Assembly (NCBI GenBank): GCA_030429545.1
Contig: JAUIFF010000001.1
Span: forward strand, 211,599 to 275,598
DNA from: Polyangia bacterium
Lineage (GTDB): Bacteria > Myxococcota_A > Polyangia > Nannocystales > Nannocystaceae
Reading direction: 5' to 3'
DNA: 64,000 nucleotides
A model generated the notes under the pieces. It had not been told where the DNA came from. It did no database searches and worked only from the letters and a program-made list of their open reading frames with translations. Below are positions 1 through 9,521 of the stretch, piece by piece (within the stretch, counting starts at the first letter, position 1; each line of letters opens with the position of its first letter). The translations under genes were made by a program, and so were the position numbers.

Positions 1-966
1 TGCACCAAACTCGTCGACCAACAGGCCGAGGTATGTGTGAAGCTCGTCGACAAGCCCGTGGTCGACCAATAGTGAAAACAGCACATGGCTGACGGGTGTG
101 ATGTAGACGACAAATCGCGAAGTTGGGTGCGAGGCGTGGAGGTGATGGAGCGCGCGCACGTTTCGCGGATCGAGTTGGTAGTTGCCATAGGCTTCGCGGT
201 AATAGCCCTGGTGTTTGAACTCTTCGGGGAAAACGGCGGGGCCGATGGTTTGTGCCGGGTAGACACGTTGTTCGAGGCATACGTCGTGTAGTTTTCGTAC
301 TCGAACTCGCCGCTTTGTTTGCCGGCGTTGGCGTTTTTCGCGTTTTTTTGCCTGTTTTTCGGAGGGGTAGAGCGAAGCTTTGACCTGGTCCCAACGAAAG
401 TGCTTGCGGGTTTTTGGGTCCTGCCAAAACGCGAGGGTTTCGCGGGTCTGGTCGACCGATAGCGCATCGTAGAGGCCGAGTTGGTAGGTTGGGTTTTTTG
501 CCTTGTCGATGTAGTAACTCGGAGGATTGGGGACGCTCACCCGATGCGTACTCGACCCGTAAAAGTCGAGGGCGACCGCGATGGTTTGGGGTTCGCGGCC
601 GCAGGCCTCGACGAAGTAGTCGACATAGGCGGGAAATTCCACCGGTGCCATGTCGTCGCAGGCGAGATTTAAAAATCGGTTGTCTCCAACATGGATGTCG
701 GCCAGCGCCTTGGTGCGACTACTGCCTAGAAGCACCGCGTTGGCGGTACACAGCGCGGGCTCATCGCGCAGGGCGTCGACCATGATTTGGCGACAGTCGC
801 GTTGGGCTTGCTCGCGTGGGAACAGATCAGGTTGTACCTGCACATGAAAATTGAAGGTAGCGATGACCGCAGCCAACCCTAGGCTGGCGACGATCAGGGT
901 GCCGACAAACAGGGCCGCCCGCCACCGCGGTGGCTCGGGTGCAGGGGTGTTGGGGGGGTCGGTCAC
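1..966 (-). CDS. Hypothetical membrane-anchored protein, partial (runs off the left edge). Possible DltD-like/SGNH-type partner of the adjacent MBOAT acyltransferase.
   Basis: Minus-strand frame is stop-free from ~966 to position 1; I translated it manually and it is not in the ORF track because no stop lies in the window. N-terminal hydrophobic anchor AALFVGTLIVASLGLAAVIATF, a lysine/arginine-rich linker, then a globular part. The partner call rests only on position downstream of the MBOAT gene. Start codon uncertain because the 5' end lies inside a tandem repeat. Confidence 0.35.
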   Translation of the reverse strand, partial: MTDPPNTPAPEPPRWRAALFVGTLIVASLGLAAVIATFNFHVQVQPDLFPREQAQRDCRQIMVDALRDEPALCTANAVLLGSSRTKALADIHVGDNRFLNLACDDMAPVEFPAYVDYFVEACGREPQTIAVALDFYGSSTHRVSVPNPPSYYIDKAKNPTYQLGLYDALSVDQTRETLAFWQDPKTRKHFRWDQVKASLYPSEKQAKKREKRQRRQTKRRVRVRKLHDVCLEQRVYPAQTIGPAVFPEEFKHQGYYREAYGNYQLDPRNVRALHHLHASHPTSRFVVYITPVSHVLFSLLVDHGLVDELHTYLGLLVDEFGA

Positions 967-1335
967 GGGCGGACAGTCTCCTGTCGATAGGGGAGCAGGG
1001 TGCCGACAAACAGGGGTGTCGGTCACGGGCGGACAGTCTCCTGTCGATAGGGGAGCGGGGTGCCGAGAAATAGCCCGGGTGCGGGGGTGTTGGGAGTGTC
1101 GGTCACGGGCGGACAGTCTCCTGTCGATAGGGGAGCAGGGTGCCGACAAACAGGGCCGCCCGCCACCGCGGTGGCTCGGGTGCGGGGGTGTTGTGGGTGT
1201 CGGTCACGGGCGGACAGTCTCCTGTCGATAGGGGAGCGGGGTGCCGAGAAACAGGGCCCGCAACCGCGGTGGCTCGGGTGCGGGGGTGTTGGGGTCGGTC
1301 ACGGGCGGACAGTCTCCTGTCGATAGGGGAGCAGA
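955..1335. repeat. Tandem direct repeat, 5 copies of a ~40-nt core (cggtcacgggcggacagtctcctgtcgataggggagc) with variable 60-100 nt spacing
   Basis: Core copies begin near 961, 1021, 1101, 1201 and 1291. The repeat overlaps the 5' end of the partial minus-strand CDS and, in that frame, encodes repeated ...TPAPEPPRWRAALFVGT... peptides. Confidence 0.8.
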
Positions 1336-1485
1336 CCTCCAGGTGGGGGCACCTGCGCAATGCCCCTGTGATGGTGCAGCCTCCACCGCGCCGGCGTCGG
1401 TGCGACCGTGCGTCTGCGAACACACGGCCCGCGGTCGCCAGGTCAGCTGCACAGTCCGATTTTGATGCATGTACATAGGTTTCGA

Positions 1486-2913
1486 CTAGAATTGAAAGTA
1501 GATGAACTCGCTGACACGGTTGAGGTGCAACAGTGCAAACGCGGCTGCGACGGCAAAGATGAGGCCAAAAGCGATCGGGTGGCGCAGGCCAGGGCCGTGC
1601 CCCGATGGGCCAATGAGTTTGTCGGTCATGGTTTGACTGTTGGGGAGCAGCAGCACGCACAGGAGGCCGGCAGCGAGCCAGCCCCACATCCAGGTGTCTT
1701 CGATCAGGGGAAAGCCGCCTAGGTTGCCGACCAGGGCCAGCGCACCGTGGAGCGTGGTAGCGCGAAAGAAGATCCAGCCGATGATCACAGCAAACAGGGT
1801 GATGGCGATCCCAAGCGGGTCGAACAGCGGGTGCGGCGTGTCGGCCGAGGTCCCCGTCGTGCGTTGCCACAGGGCCCGCGCGGCGTGGTTGATAATCAGG
1901 TAGCTGCCGTGCAGTCCACCCCAAATCAAAAAATTCCAGCCTGCGCCGTGCCACATCCCGCCGAGCAGCATCGTCAGCATGAGGTTGACGTAGCGGCGTG
2001 TGGGGCCGCGCCGGTTCCCTCCTAGTGGGATATACAAGTAGTCGCGTAAAAACCGGCTCAGGGTCATGTGCCAGCGCCGCCAAAACTCGATGATATTTTT
2101 GGACTTGTAGGGGGAGTTGAAGTTGAGCGGTAGCTCGATGCCAAACACCCGGCCGAGACCTATCGCCATGTCGGCGTAGCCTGAAAAGTCGAAGTACAAT
2201 TGAAGTGTATAGGCAAGAGAACCCTGCCACGCCAGCGAGGGTGAGAGCTCTCCTCCCGCGTCTGCCAGGGCAAACGGAGCGTCGACCCAGGTGGCGAGGT
2301 TGTCGGCGATCACGACTTTTTTAAACAGGCCGATCACGATCATCATCGCCCCGCCGGCGAGTTGGGTTGTACGCAGCCGTCGGTTGGCACGAAACTGCGG
2401 GATCACGTCCGCGTGGTGAACAATCGGGCCGGCGATCAGCTGGGGAAAAAACGTGACGAACACACAGTAGGAAAGGAAGTCACGCTCGCCTCCTTTGCCA
2501 CGGTGGGCGTCGACGAGGTAGGCGATTTGCTGAAAGGTAAAAAACGAAATCGCCAGGGGTAGGACGATGGTGTCGACCTGCCACGAGCTGCCGGTGATTG
2601 CCTCGAGGTTGGCCAGCAAAAAGTGGGTGTACTTGTAGTAGACGAGCAGCGCGAGGTTGAGGCCGATGCCGAGTTTGAGCAGGCCTGGGCGCTTGGTCGG
2701 CGCGGCGAGGAGGTTGCCGAGCGTGTAGTTGACCAGTACCGAGCCAAGTAGCAGCGGCAGGTAGCTCAGGTCCCACCACGCGTAAAACCAAAACGAGGCG
2801 AGCGCCAGCAGTCCCAGCGCGAGTTTGCGGGCTCCCCATGCGTTGAGCAGTGTGTAGGCCAGCCACGTAAGCGGCAGGAACACAAACAAGAACTCGAACG
2901 AGTTAAACAGCAT
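1486..2913 (-). CDS. MBOAT-family membrane-bound O-acyltransferase (AlgI/DltB-like)
   Basis: 475-aa polytopic membrane protein with the typical MBOAT N-terminus (MLFNSFEFLFVFLP...) and the conserved His-containing block WRRWHMTLSRFLRDYLYIPLGGNRRG. Confidence 0.9.
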   Translation of the reverse strand: MLFNSFEFLFVFLPLTWLAYTLLNAWGARKLALGLLALASFWFYAWWDLSYLPLLLGSVLVNYTLGNLLAAPTKRPGLLKLGIGLNLALLVYYKYTHFLLANLEAITGSSWQVDTIVLPLAISFFTFQQIAYLVDAHRGKGGERDFLSYCVFVTFFPQLIAGPIVHHADVIPQFRANRRLRTTQLAGGAMMIVIGLFKKVVIADNLATWVDAPFALADAGGELSPSLAWQGSLAYTLQLYFDFSGYADMAIGLGRVFGIELPLNFNSPYKSKNIIEFWRRWHMTLSRFLRDYLYIPLGGNRRGPTRRYVNLMLTMLLGGMWHGAGWNFLIWGGLHGSYLIINHAARALWQRTTGTSADTPHPLFDPLGIAITLFAVIIGWIFFRATTLHGALALVGNLGGFPLIEDTWMWGWLAAGLLCVLLLPNSQTMTDKLIGPSGHGPGLRHPIAFGLIFAVAAAFALLHLNRVSEFIYFQF

Positions 2914-3477
2914 GGGCGAGCCGGCTGGTTATCGACGGGACGTCGCACGCTGTCAAGCACAGGTGAGCACTTGCGCCCTCAGCTCGGCAATACTTGTATT
3001 ATCAAGAGGAAAGGGACTACAGGTTGAACGGGAAAAAAGCTAAACAGAAACAAATCGTTGTACGAGCGCAGACGGGGCGGTTCGGGTTTGGCTGCTCAAT
3101 GTCCCCTGGGGATTGGACGAGCGCTGTACCATCTCGCCCGGCGATCGACTCGCGGGGATCTGCCTACTTGGACTTGTTGGGCACGACTGCTTGCTGCAGT
3201 GCGTTTGGCCGGAATGCTCCCTCCCCGAGGTACTGGCTGGTCAAAGCGGGACAAGCAACCGGCTCCCACTCCCGTGGATTTGCTCGACACGCCGCCGCCT
3301 CACTTGTCGATTTCGACGAGGACGCGCCTCGCAAAACTTGAACTACCACCAGTACAACTGCGTTTCACGAAACGCGTCCTCGACAAACGCTTCTGCGCGA
3401 GACGCCGTGCGAGAAAAACCACGGGTTGCTAGGAGCCGTTTGAGCAACGAATATTATTGTTTATACAAATGATCTTC

Positions 3478-4803
3478 CTAAAGGTTTTCTTGGGGCCGGT
3501 CATACCGAAACGGGTAATGCTCGGGAAACGCTCCGCTGCCGTAGTCAATCGGACCGGTCGCTCGCAGGTTGGGGCGCAGGAGCAGCCTCCTGAGAATCTC
3601 CGGCACGAGAACCCTCGCAATTTGATCGCCGAGACAACGGTGATGACCGTGACCGAGGTGTAGGGCATGTACATGGTAGGGGCGGTCGGCTCGAAACGTC
3701 TCGGGCTCATCAACCAGATGGTGGTCGAACATCGCCGACTGGGTCAGTGCCAATACCGTGGAACCTGCGGGGATAAAAGTCTCGTGGGCTGTGCCCCGGG
3801 CCAACACGTGATCGGTTGCACTTACACGAAATAGATATGGCAAGAAGGGATGGAAACGTAGGGCTTCCCACACATAGCCGCAAAATTCGTCAAAGTCGCC
3901 CCGGTTGGCGACCTCTCGCGCGTTTGCGAAAATTGCCGGTCGTGCCAGCAGTTGTTCGAGGGCATGGGCTGTGACCTTGGCGGAGGTCTCGACGGTGCCG
4001 ATCAGTAGGCCTCCGATGTTTGTCACCAACGCCAGGATGTCAAACCCGAGCTCCGGAGGAAGTTGCATCTTCAACATTCGCGCGACGATGTCATCTGCTG
4101 TCGGGTCGACCTTGAGCTCGGCGCCGCGGCGTTTCAGGAGTGCTCCGAGGGCCGCCCCGAGTTCTTGGTAGGCCACGCGGGAAGCCTGAAACACGGCCTC
4201 GGCATCCGCAAGTTGGTCGAACGGTTGATTAAAAAACGCATCGTACTGGATTGCCCGAGACCATCGCGCCATCGCTTCGACGCCGATCCCTGTGAGGCCA
4301 AAGTAGTCCTCGACCATTCGCAGTGGCACCCAACGGGTGAGCTTGGGTACGAGGTCGATCACACCGTCAGCGGCGTCGAGGGCTTGGTCCGTCAGCGTGC
4401 CGACGAGCGTGCGAAGTTTTGGCAAGTCGTCGCGGTTGAGAACCGCATGCATGATGCCCTTATCGCGCTGGTTGAGCGTGGTCTCGTCAAACGCGAGCAT
4501 GTGGTTGTCCATCTTCGCTTTATTGAGGTCGACGGTGAAAACCGCGGGTAAGCTCAGTACCTCATGGACGTCGTTGCTGTTCGCCACAAGGACGGCCTGG
4601 TCGGTGGTGAGTATCGGCATATGTCGCCGAAGCTCCGCAAAGAACTGCCGTGGCTTGTCTCGCATCAATCGACGAACGAGCGCAAAACGTGAGTCGGGCT
4701 CGGCCTTTGCGACCTGTCGCAGTAGTCTGCGACCCCGACGACCCCGACGACCCATATGACGACGAAAACGACCACTACATTTCATAGTGGAAGTATCCTG
4801 CAA
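3478..4803 (-). CDS. Cytochrome P450 monooxygenase
   Basis: Heme-binding signature LGHGHHRCLG (FxxGxHxCxG), the ETLR-like EALRFHP block and a PxRW-like segment. The true start is probably an internal Met, since the first 40 aa of the ORF are Arg-rich. Confidence 0.85.
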   Translation of the reverse strand: MQDTSTMKCSGRFRRHMGRRGRRGRRLLRQVAKAEPDSRFALVRRLMRDKPRQFFAELRRHMPILTTDQAVLVANSNDVHEVLSLPAVFTVDLNKAKMDNHMLAFDETTLNQRDKGIMHAVLNRDDLPKLRTLVGTLTDQALDAADGVIDLVPKLTRWVPLRMVEDYFGLTGIGVEAMARWSRAIQYDAFFNQPFDQLADAEAVFQASRVAYQELGAALGALLKRRGAELKVDPTADDIVARMLKMQLPPELGFDILALVTNIGGLLIGTVETSAKVTAHALEQLLARPAIFANAREVANRGDFDEFCGYVWEALRFHPFLPYLFRVSATDHVLARGTAHETFIPAGSTVLALTQSAMFDHHLVDEPETFRADRPYHVHALHLGHGHHRCLGDQIARVLVPEILRRLLLRPNLRATGPIDYGSGAFPEHYPFRYDRPQENL

Positions 4804-4939
4804 TTGAAAATACCTTGCAACTACAACGAAATCGAGCCCGCCTGCTCGCAGGTGAACACTTCGGCTCGCGGGCTGCCACTATTTCGCGCGTGCGGTTTGG
4901 CTGGTGCCTGCTGTGAGTGCCGTGTGGACGCGACCTCGA

Positions 4940-6229
4940 CTATGTCTTGGGCAAAGTGTCGTGCAAGACCTCTAAGATCACGCCGGTGCCGGCCGTGCCC
5001 GACCACTGGGGTGGCCCGCCGGTTTCCCGGGCAAAGCCGTCGCAGCCGTCGCGAAAACCGAGAGTCATGCCTTCTTGTAGATACACGTGACGTTTGAGTA
5101 CGACCTCGGCGATGACCTCGGTTCCCGGCATGGCACCGAGGCTGTCGGGGATCATCGTCACGGTGCCGACGGCTGTTGCTGAACCGAGAAACACGAGGAC
5201 CTCGTCGCCGCTAAACATGGGGGTGTGGCGACCACCTTGGTAGGGGTGGAGCAGGTGCAGGCGGGCGCGGAAGCGGTGGCGCAGTTGCCTGGCGTTTTCG
5301 GTGATCAACAGGTCGCCCTTGCGCAGGCGGTTGCGGTTGAAACGTTTGGACAGGCCCTCGAGGACTAGCCCAATGTGTTCGCCAGCACCGGCATCTTCGT
5401 GGCGGACATGAAATGACTCGATGCTGCGGACGGCGACAGGCGCTTCAAACCGCGAGCCGAGCAGGGTCAGGTGTTGCCCACGACTGACAGTTCCGTGGCG
5501 CACGATCCCCTCCACAAGGACTTTTTTGGGCTCACCGAGTGGGTGACGGCGGTGCAGGATATCGAGGGCGACAACTGTCGGCGGGGTCGCGTCGTAGGGG
5601 GTGAGCTGGAGTTCGCGGTCGAGCACATCGATGAGGGTGTTGACCGGTAGTTGCCAGTTGCGATCGCCAGTTAGAGCCTGGCCCGCAGCTCCGCGCAGGA
5701 CGACCATGTCATCGCCGTCGGCCCCGACATCGCTGACGACCTCGCGCAGTTCGGTTTCGATGACATCGAGCAGCTCCGGGTCTTCGGCTATGTCGCACTT
5801 GTTGATGAAGGTGACAAACTGGCGGACACCGGCAGCAGCAGCCAGGCGAATCAGCTCAAATGTTTGGGCACGCGGGCCTACGCTCGCGTCGACGACAATG
5901 ATCGCGCTGTCGACCGAGGCCAGCAAAGTTGCACTCGAGCGGACCCGCTTGCGCCGTCCTGAAACATCAAAGTGGGCGACCCGACGGCTCAGGGTTTCGT
6001 AGCTGAGTTTGGTGGGGAGGACCGTACCCGAGGGATAGGCTTGGTAGTGGGCGACAAATCCGGGGTCGTCGCGGCGGTCGAGTTGTTCGACGGTTTTGGC
6101 CTCGGCGTGGCAGCCCGGCCGTTGGTCAAGCGCCGCTAGCAGGGCGGCAACCAGCGTGGTTTTGCCGTCGCCGTGATGGCCGATGGTGGCGACCGAAAGC
6201 AGCGGTTTTTCACGGGAAGTAGTCGACAT
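4940..6229 (-). CDS. EF-Tu-like translational-GTPase paralog, divergent (catalytic His replaced by Arg)
   Basis: Collinear with EF-Tu over domains 1-3: P-loop GHHGDGKTTL (EF-Tu GHVDHGKTTL), NKCD G4 box, GGRHTPMF (EF-Tu GGRHTPFF). The DCPGH box reads DVSGR and the SALK G5 box reads GAAG. Confidence 0.75.
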   Translation of the reverse strand: MSTTSREKPLLSVATIGHHGDGKTTLVAALLAALDQRPGCHAEAKTVEQLDRRDDPGFVAHYQAYPSGTVLPTKLSYETLSRRVAHFDVSGRRKRVRSSATLLASVDSAIIVVDASVGPRAQTFELIRLAAAAGVRQFVTFINKCDIAEDPELLDVIETELREVVSDVGADGDDMVVLRGAAGQALTGDRNWQLPVNTLIDVLDRELQLTPYDATPPTVVALDILHRRHPLGEPKKVLVEGIVRHGTVSRGQHLTLLGSRFEAPVAVRSIESFHVRHEDAGAGEHIGLVLEGLSKRFNRNRLRKGDLLITENARQLRHRFRARLHLLHPYQGGRHTPMFSGDEVLVFLGSATAVGTVTMIPDSLGAMPGTEVIAEVVLKRHVYLQEGMTLGFRDGCDGFARETGGPPQWSGTAGTGVILEVLHDTLPKT

Positions 6230-6300
6230 CGGCGGGTCCGACTATCGCATGCAATCCCGGTCGTGGGCATGGAAAATCGCCAGGCAATCAGGTGGTCGAT

Positions 6301-6317
6301 GTGCATTGTAAATGCAC
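6301..6317. promoter_or_regulatory. Inverted repeat GTGCATT-gta-AATGCAC upstream of the EF-Tu-like gene; candidate operator
   Basis: Perfect 7-3-7 palindrome in the 250-bp intergenic region ahead of the minus-strand EF-Tu-like/P450 gene pair. Confidence 0.25.
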
Positions 6318-6477
6318 CTGATGTCGGGCGAAAACCGCCCGCGCTGGGCGGGTACTGCCTACGGGCGGGAAAAGTGTGTATGCATCATTTTTGCGAGGTC
6401 ACGGCTTCCTCGCGGTTGTGACGACACAAAAATACCCGTGGTGCACGTGCCCGCGGGTATTGTTGAGCGGGTGGGGG

Positions 6478-7146
6478 TTAGGCAGCCGAGCCAGCCCCAA
6501 TCACCGGCAGATCGTCGGCCACAATGACCTTACACTCAGTCTTTTGCCGGACTTCGTCCACGGTTACGCCCGGGGCGATTTCGGCGAGGAGCAGGCCTTC
6601 GGGGGTGATCCTAAAGTAGCCGAGGTCGGTGGCGACCTCGTGGACGACGGCCTTACCAGTCAGCGGCAGGGTGCACTGCTCGAGTAACTTGGCACCACCT
6701 TTGCGAGTGCAGTGCTCCATTGCCACAATCACGCGTTTGGCCCCGGCGACGAGGTCCATGGCACCGCCCATACCTTTGACCTTTTTGCCGGGGATCATCC
6801 AGTTGGCGAGGTCGCCGTGTTGGCTAACCTGCATGGCCCCGAGGACACATAGATCGAGGTGGCCGCCGCGGATCATGGCAAAGCTGTCGTGCGAGCCAAA
6901 AAACGAGGCTCCCGGCACGGCGGTCACGGTTTGTTTGCCGGCGTTGATAAGGTCGGCGTCGACATCGGCATCGGTGGGGAAGGGGCCAATGCCCAGCAGC
7001 CCGTTTTCGCTGTGGAGAATGACTTCCATGCCTGCGGGGATGTGGTTGGCGACCAGCGTTGGCATGCCGATCCCCAAGTTGACGTAGTAGCCGTCACGCA
7101 GCTCCCGGGCCACGCGCTGGACGATTTGTTCGCGGGTCAGTCCCAT
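6478..7146 (-). CDS. scoB: 3-oxoacid CoA-transferase subunit B
   Basis: 222 aa; conserved blocks [20 protein letters not shown] and GAMQVS, characteristic of the CoA-transferase family I B subunit. Confidence 0.9.
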   Translation of the reverse strand: MGLTREQIVQRVARELRDGYYVNLGIGMPTLVANHIPAGMEVILHSENGLLGIGPFPTDADVDADLINAGKQTVTAVPGASFFGSHDSFAMIRGGHLDLCVLGAMQVSQHGDLANWMIPGKKVKGMGGAMDLVAGAKRVIVAMEHCTRKGGAKLLEQCTLPLTGKAVVHEVATDLGYFRITPEGLLLAEIAPGVTVDEVRQKTECKVIVADDLPVIGAGSAA

Positions 7147-7170
7147 CTCTGTACTCCTTCTTGGCGCGGG

Positions 7171-7866
7171 TTAGGCGTCGCGGGTGGTCCGAAATTCGAT
7201 TGGTTTGTCGTAGTGCTCGCCGCGGATGATCCGCTGGACAAAGATCCCCGAGGTGTGGACGTGGTCGGGGTCGAGCTCGCCGGCTGGCACGAGTTCTTCG
7301 ACCTCGGCGATCGTCACCTTGGCGGCGGTCGCCATCACCTGGTTGAAGTTGTTGGCCGTGCGGCGAAAGATCAGGTTGCCGTGGGTGTCGCCCTTCCAGG
7401 CCTTGATGAAGGCGAAGTCGGCGGGCAGGGGTTTTTCGAGCACGTAAAACCGGCCGTCGATCTCGCGGACTTCCTTGCCCTCGGCCACCGGGGTGCCGTA
7501 GCCGGTCGGGGTGTAAAACCCACCGATACCCGCGCCTGCGGCCCGGATCCGTTCGGCCAGGGTGCCCTGGGGCACGAGCGTTACTTTTAGTTCGCCCGAC
7601 AAAAACAGCCGCTCAAAGGTCTTGTTTTCGCCGACATACGACGAGGTCATGCTACGGACCTGGCCGTTGTCGAGAAGCAGGCCTAGGCCCACACCGTCGA
7701 TACCGCAGTTGTTGGAGATGATGTCGAGGTCTTTGGTGCCCTTGCGGTGGAGCGCCTTGATCAGGTTTTCCGGGTTGCCGCACAGGCCAAAGCCCCCGCT
7801 CATGAGCGTGACACCATCGTTGATGTCGGAGATGGCCGCATCGGCGCTGGGGTAGGTTTTATCCAT
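7171..7866 (-). CDS. scoA: 3-oxoacid CoA-transferase subunit A
   Basis: 231 aa; DGVTLMSGGFGLCGNPENLI A-subunit N-terminus. Lies immediately upstream of subunit B on the same strand. Confidence 0.9.
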   Translation of the reverse strand: MDKTYPSADAAISDINDGVTLMSGGFGLCGNPENLIKALHRKGTKDLDIISNNCGIDGVGLGLLLDNGQVRSMTSSYVGENKTFERLFLSGELKVTLVPQGTLAERIRAAGAGIGGFYTPTGYGTPVAEGKEVREIDGRFYVLEKPLPADFAFIKAWKGDTHGNLIFRRTANNFNQVMATAAKVTIAEVEELVPAGELDPDHVHTSGIFVQRIIRGEHYDKPIEFRTTRDA

Positions 7867-8035
7867 GGCGCCCGGATTGTGACCGGTGGTTGCGAGCGAT
7901 TCAAGCGGCGTCTGCCGGCGACATGGTCGAACCGGCGAAATCCCCCAGCTCGGCCAAGGGAAGGCTCTTGGCGTTATCTGAGAGCGGCGCGCGAGTTGCC
8001 CGTCCCGGTTGCCAGCAATCCGTTAGGATGCGCCG

Positions 8036-8749
8036 GTGACCGTGGCCAAGCAACCGATCGTCATCTCGCCCTCGATCCTCAGTGCCAACTTCTCGCGCCT
8101 CGGCGAAGAAGTGATAGCCCTCGACCGCGGTGGCGCCGAATGGATCCATGTCGATGTCATGGACGGGCACTTTGTCCCAAATCTGACCATCGGTCCGCTT
8201 GTGGTTTCGGCCCTGCGACCGTTGACCAAGCGCGTGCTCGACTGTCACCTGATGATCGAAAAGCCCGAGCGCTATGTCGAGGCGTTTGCCAAGGCGGGTG
8301 CCGATGTGATCACCGTACATGTTGAGGCTTGCCCCCACTTGCATCGCAATCTCCAGCAGATTCGCAACTTGCCACACCACGCGGGGGGGCGCGTACTCGC
8401 CGGGGTGAGTCTCAATCCACACACACCGGTGGCTGCGATCGAAGCCGTGCTCGACCTGTGCGACCTCGTGCTGGTGATGAGTGTGAATCCCGGGTTCGGT
8501 GGTCAAAGTTTCATTGAGTCAGTTCGCCCCAAGATTCGCGAATTGCGACAACAGATCGATGCGCGCGGATTGGCCACGCGCATTGAAGTTGATGGTGGCG
8601 TCAATACCAAGACGATTGCAGCGGTGGCCTCCGACGGCGCGGACACGATTGTGGCTGGCAGTGGGATTTTGAAACATCCCGTGCATGGCAAGAATTATGC
8701 GGGCGCAATTGCGGAACTTCGCGACATGGCGGAGCGGGCACGTCAATAA
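8036..8749 (+). CDS. rpe: Ribulose-phosphate 3-epimerase
   Basis: 237 aa; ISPSILSANF N-terminus, VDVMDGHFVPNLT and VMSVNPGFGGQ motifs. Confidence 0.9.
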   Translation: MTVAKQPIVISPSILSANFSRLGEEVIALDRGGAEWIHVDVMDGHFVPNLTIGPLVVSALRPLTKRVLDCHLMIEKPERYVEAFAKAGADVITVHVEACPHLHRNLQQIRNLPHHAGGRVLAGVSLNPHTPVAAIEAVLDLCDLVLVMSVNPGFGGQSFIESVRPKIRELRQQIDARGLATRIEVDGGVNTKTIAAVASDGADTIVAGSGILKHPVHGKNYAGAIAELRDMAERARQ

Positions 8750-8870
8750 ACATCGTTGTAGTAGTTCGCCGCAGATGTGCGTGTTGGTTGCATAGGCAAG
8801 ATCGAGCCTACAATCAACGCGGCAGGTTTGTGTTGTTGAAACCGCGGGATTTGCGTAGCGTATAGATCAC

Positions 8871-9521
8871 GTGTTGATCGCTTTAGCAGACGGTGCGTTT
8901 TGGCCGTGGTGGCTCGGTGGCCTCGCCTTGGCGAGTGTCGCCATCGGTTTTTTGTTGTTGCTGCGTCGCCAGTTTGGCGTGTCGTCGGGATACACGCGGC
9001 TGGTCTCGGTGCTCGAGAACCCCGAGGAGGAAAAGGCGAGCAAGGCATTTGCCTCGATGGACATGGGGGACCTCGAAGCACTGTTGTTGGCCGCGACTGC
9101 CGAGGCCAGTGGGCGCAGTGTCGATGAGCTTCAGGCCCAGGACGATGCCTCGGATCCGGGGATGTTTGTCGAAGCGCCGCGGGTCGTCGAGCGCGTGTCT
9201 GCATCGGCCTATGCCATGCTGTTTGGCGGTATCTTGATCGGGGCGGCGATTGCTGCGGTCACCCATGGCGAGTTTGCGATTCACACCGGCATGGGCGCTG
9301 ACTACGAAGCACTGTTTGGCGACGGATGGGTTTCGTACCTGCCACTGATCATCGGCGGTATTTGTGTCGGGGCCGGAACCCGGATGGGCGGCGGCTGTAC
9401 CAGCGGACATGGCCTCAGCGGCTGCTCGCGGTTCCAAGTTCCGAGCCTTGTCAATACAACGTTATTTTTTGGGACCGGCGTGGTTGTCTCGCTGTTACTC
9501 GATTGGATGGTAGGGGCATGA
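8871..9521 (+). CDS. YeeE/YedE family sulfur-transport-like membrane protein, N-terminal half
   Basis: Membrane protein with the GGCTSGHG motif typical of YeeE/YedE (DUF395). Confidence 0.75.
   Translation: MLIALADGAFWPWWLGGLALASVAIGFLLLLRRQFGVSSGYTRLVSVLENPEEEKASKAFASMDMGDLEALLLAATAEASGRSVDELQAQDDASDPGMFVEAPRVVERVSASAYAMLFGGILIGAAIAAVTHGEFAIHTGMGADYEALFGDGWVSYLPLIIGGICVGAGTRMGGGCTSGHGLSGCSRFQVPSLVNTTLFFGTGVVVSLLLDWMVGA

Noticed and set aside
1103-2230. 375-aa minus-strand ORF overlapping the MBOAT gene
   Set aside because: Alternative frame of the MBOAT gene in high-GC DNA. Arg/Pro-rich low-complexity product, and its 3' end reads through the tandem repeat.
6859-7590. 243-aa plus-strand ORF
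   Set aside because: Antisense to the well-supported CoA-transferase subunits A/B; Gly/Val/Asp-rich artefactual translation.
8036-8038. Apparent mismatch between my by-eye reading of the rpe start codon and the ORF track
   Set aside because: Most likely my miscount by one base when reading the formatted sequence. I kept the ORF-track coordinate; other by-eye coordinates for structural elements should be treated as +/-1-2 nt.
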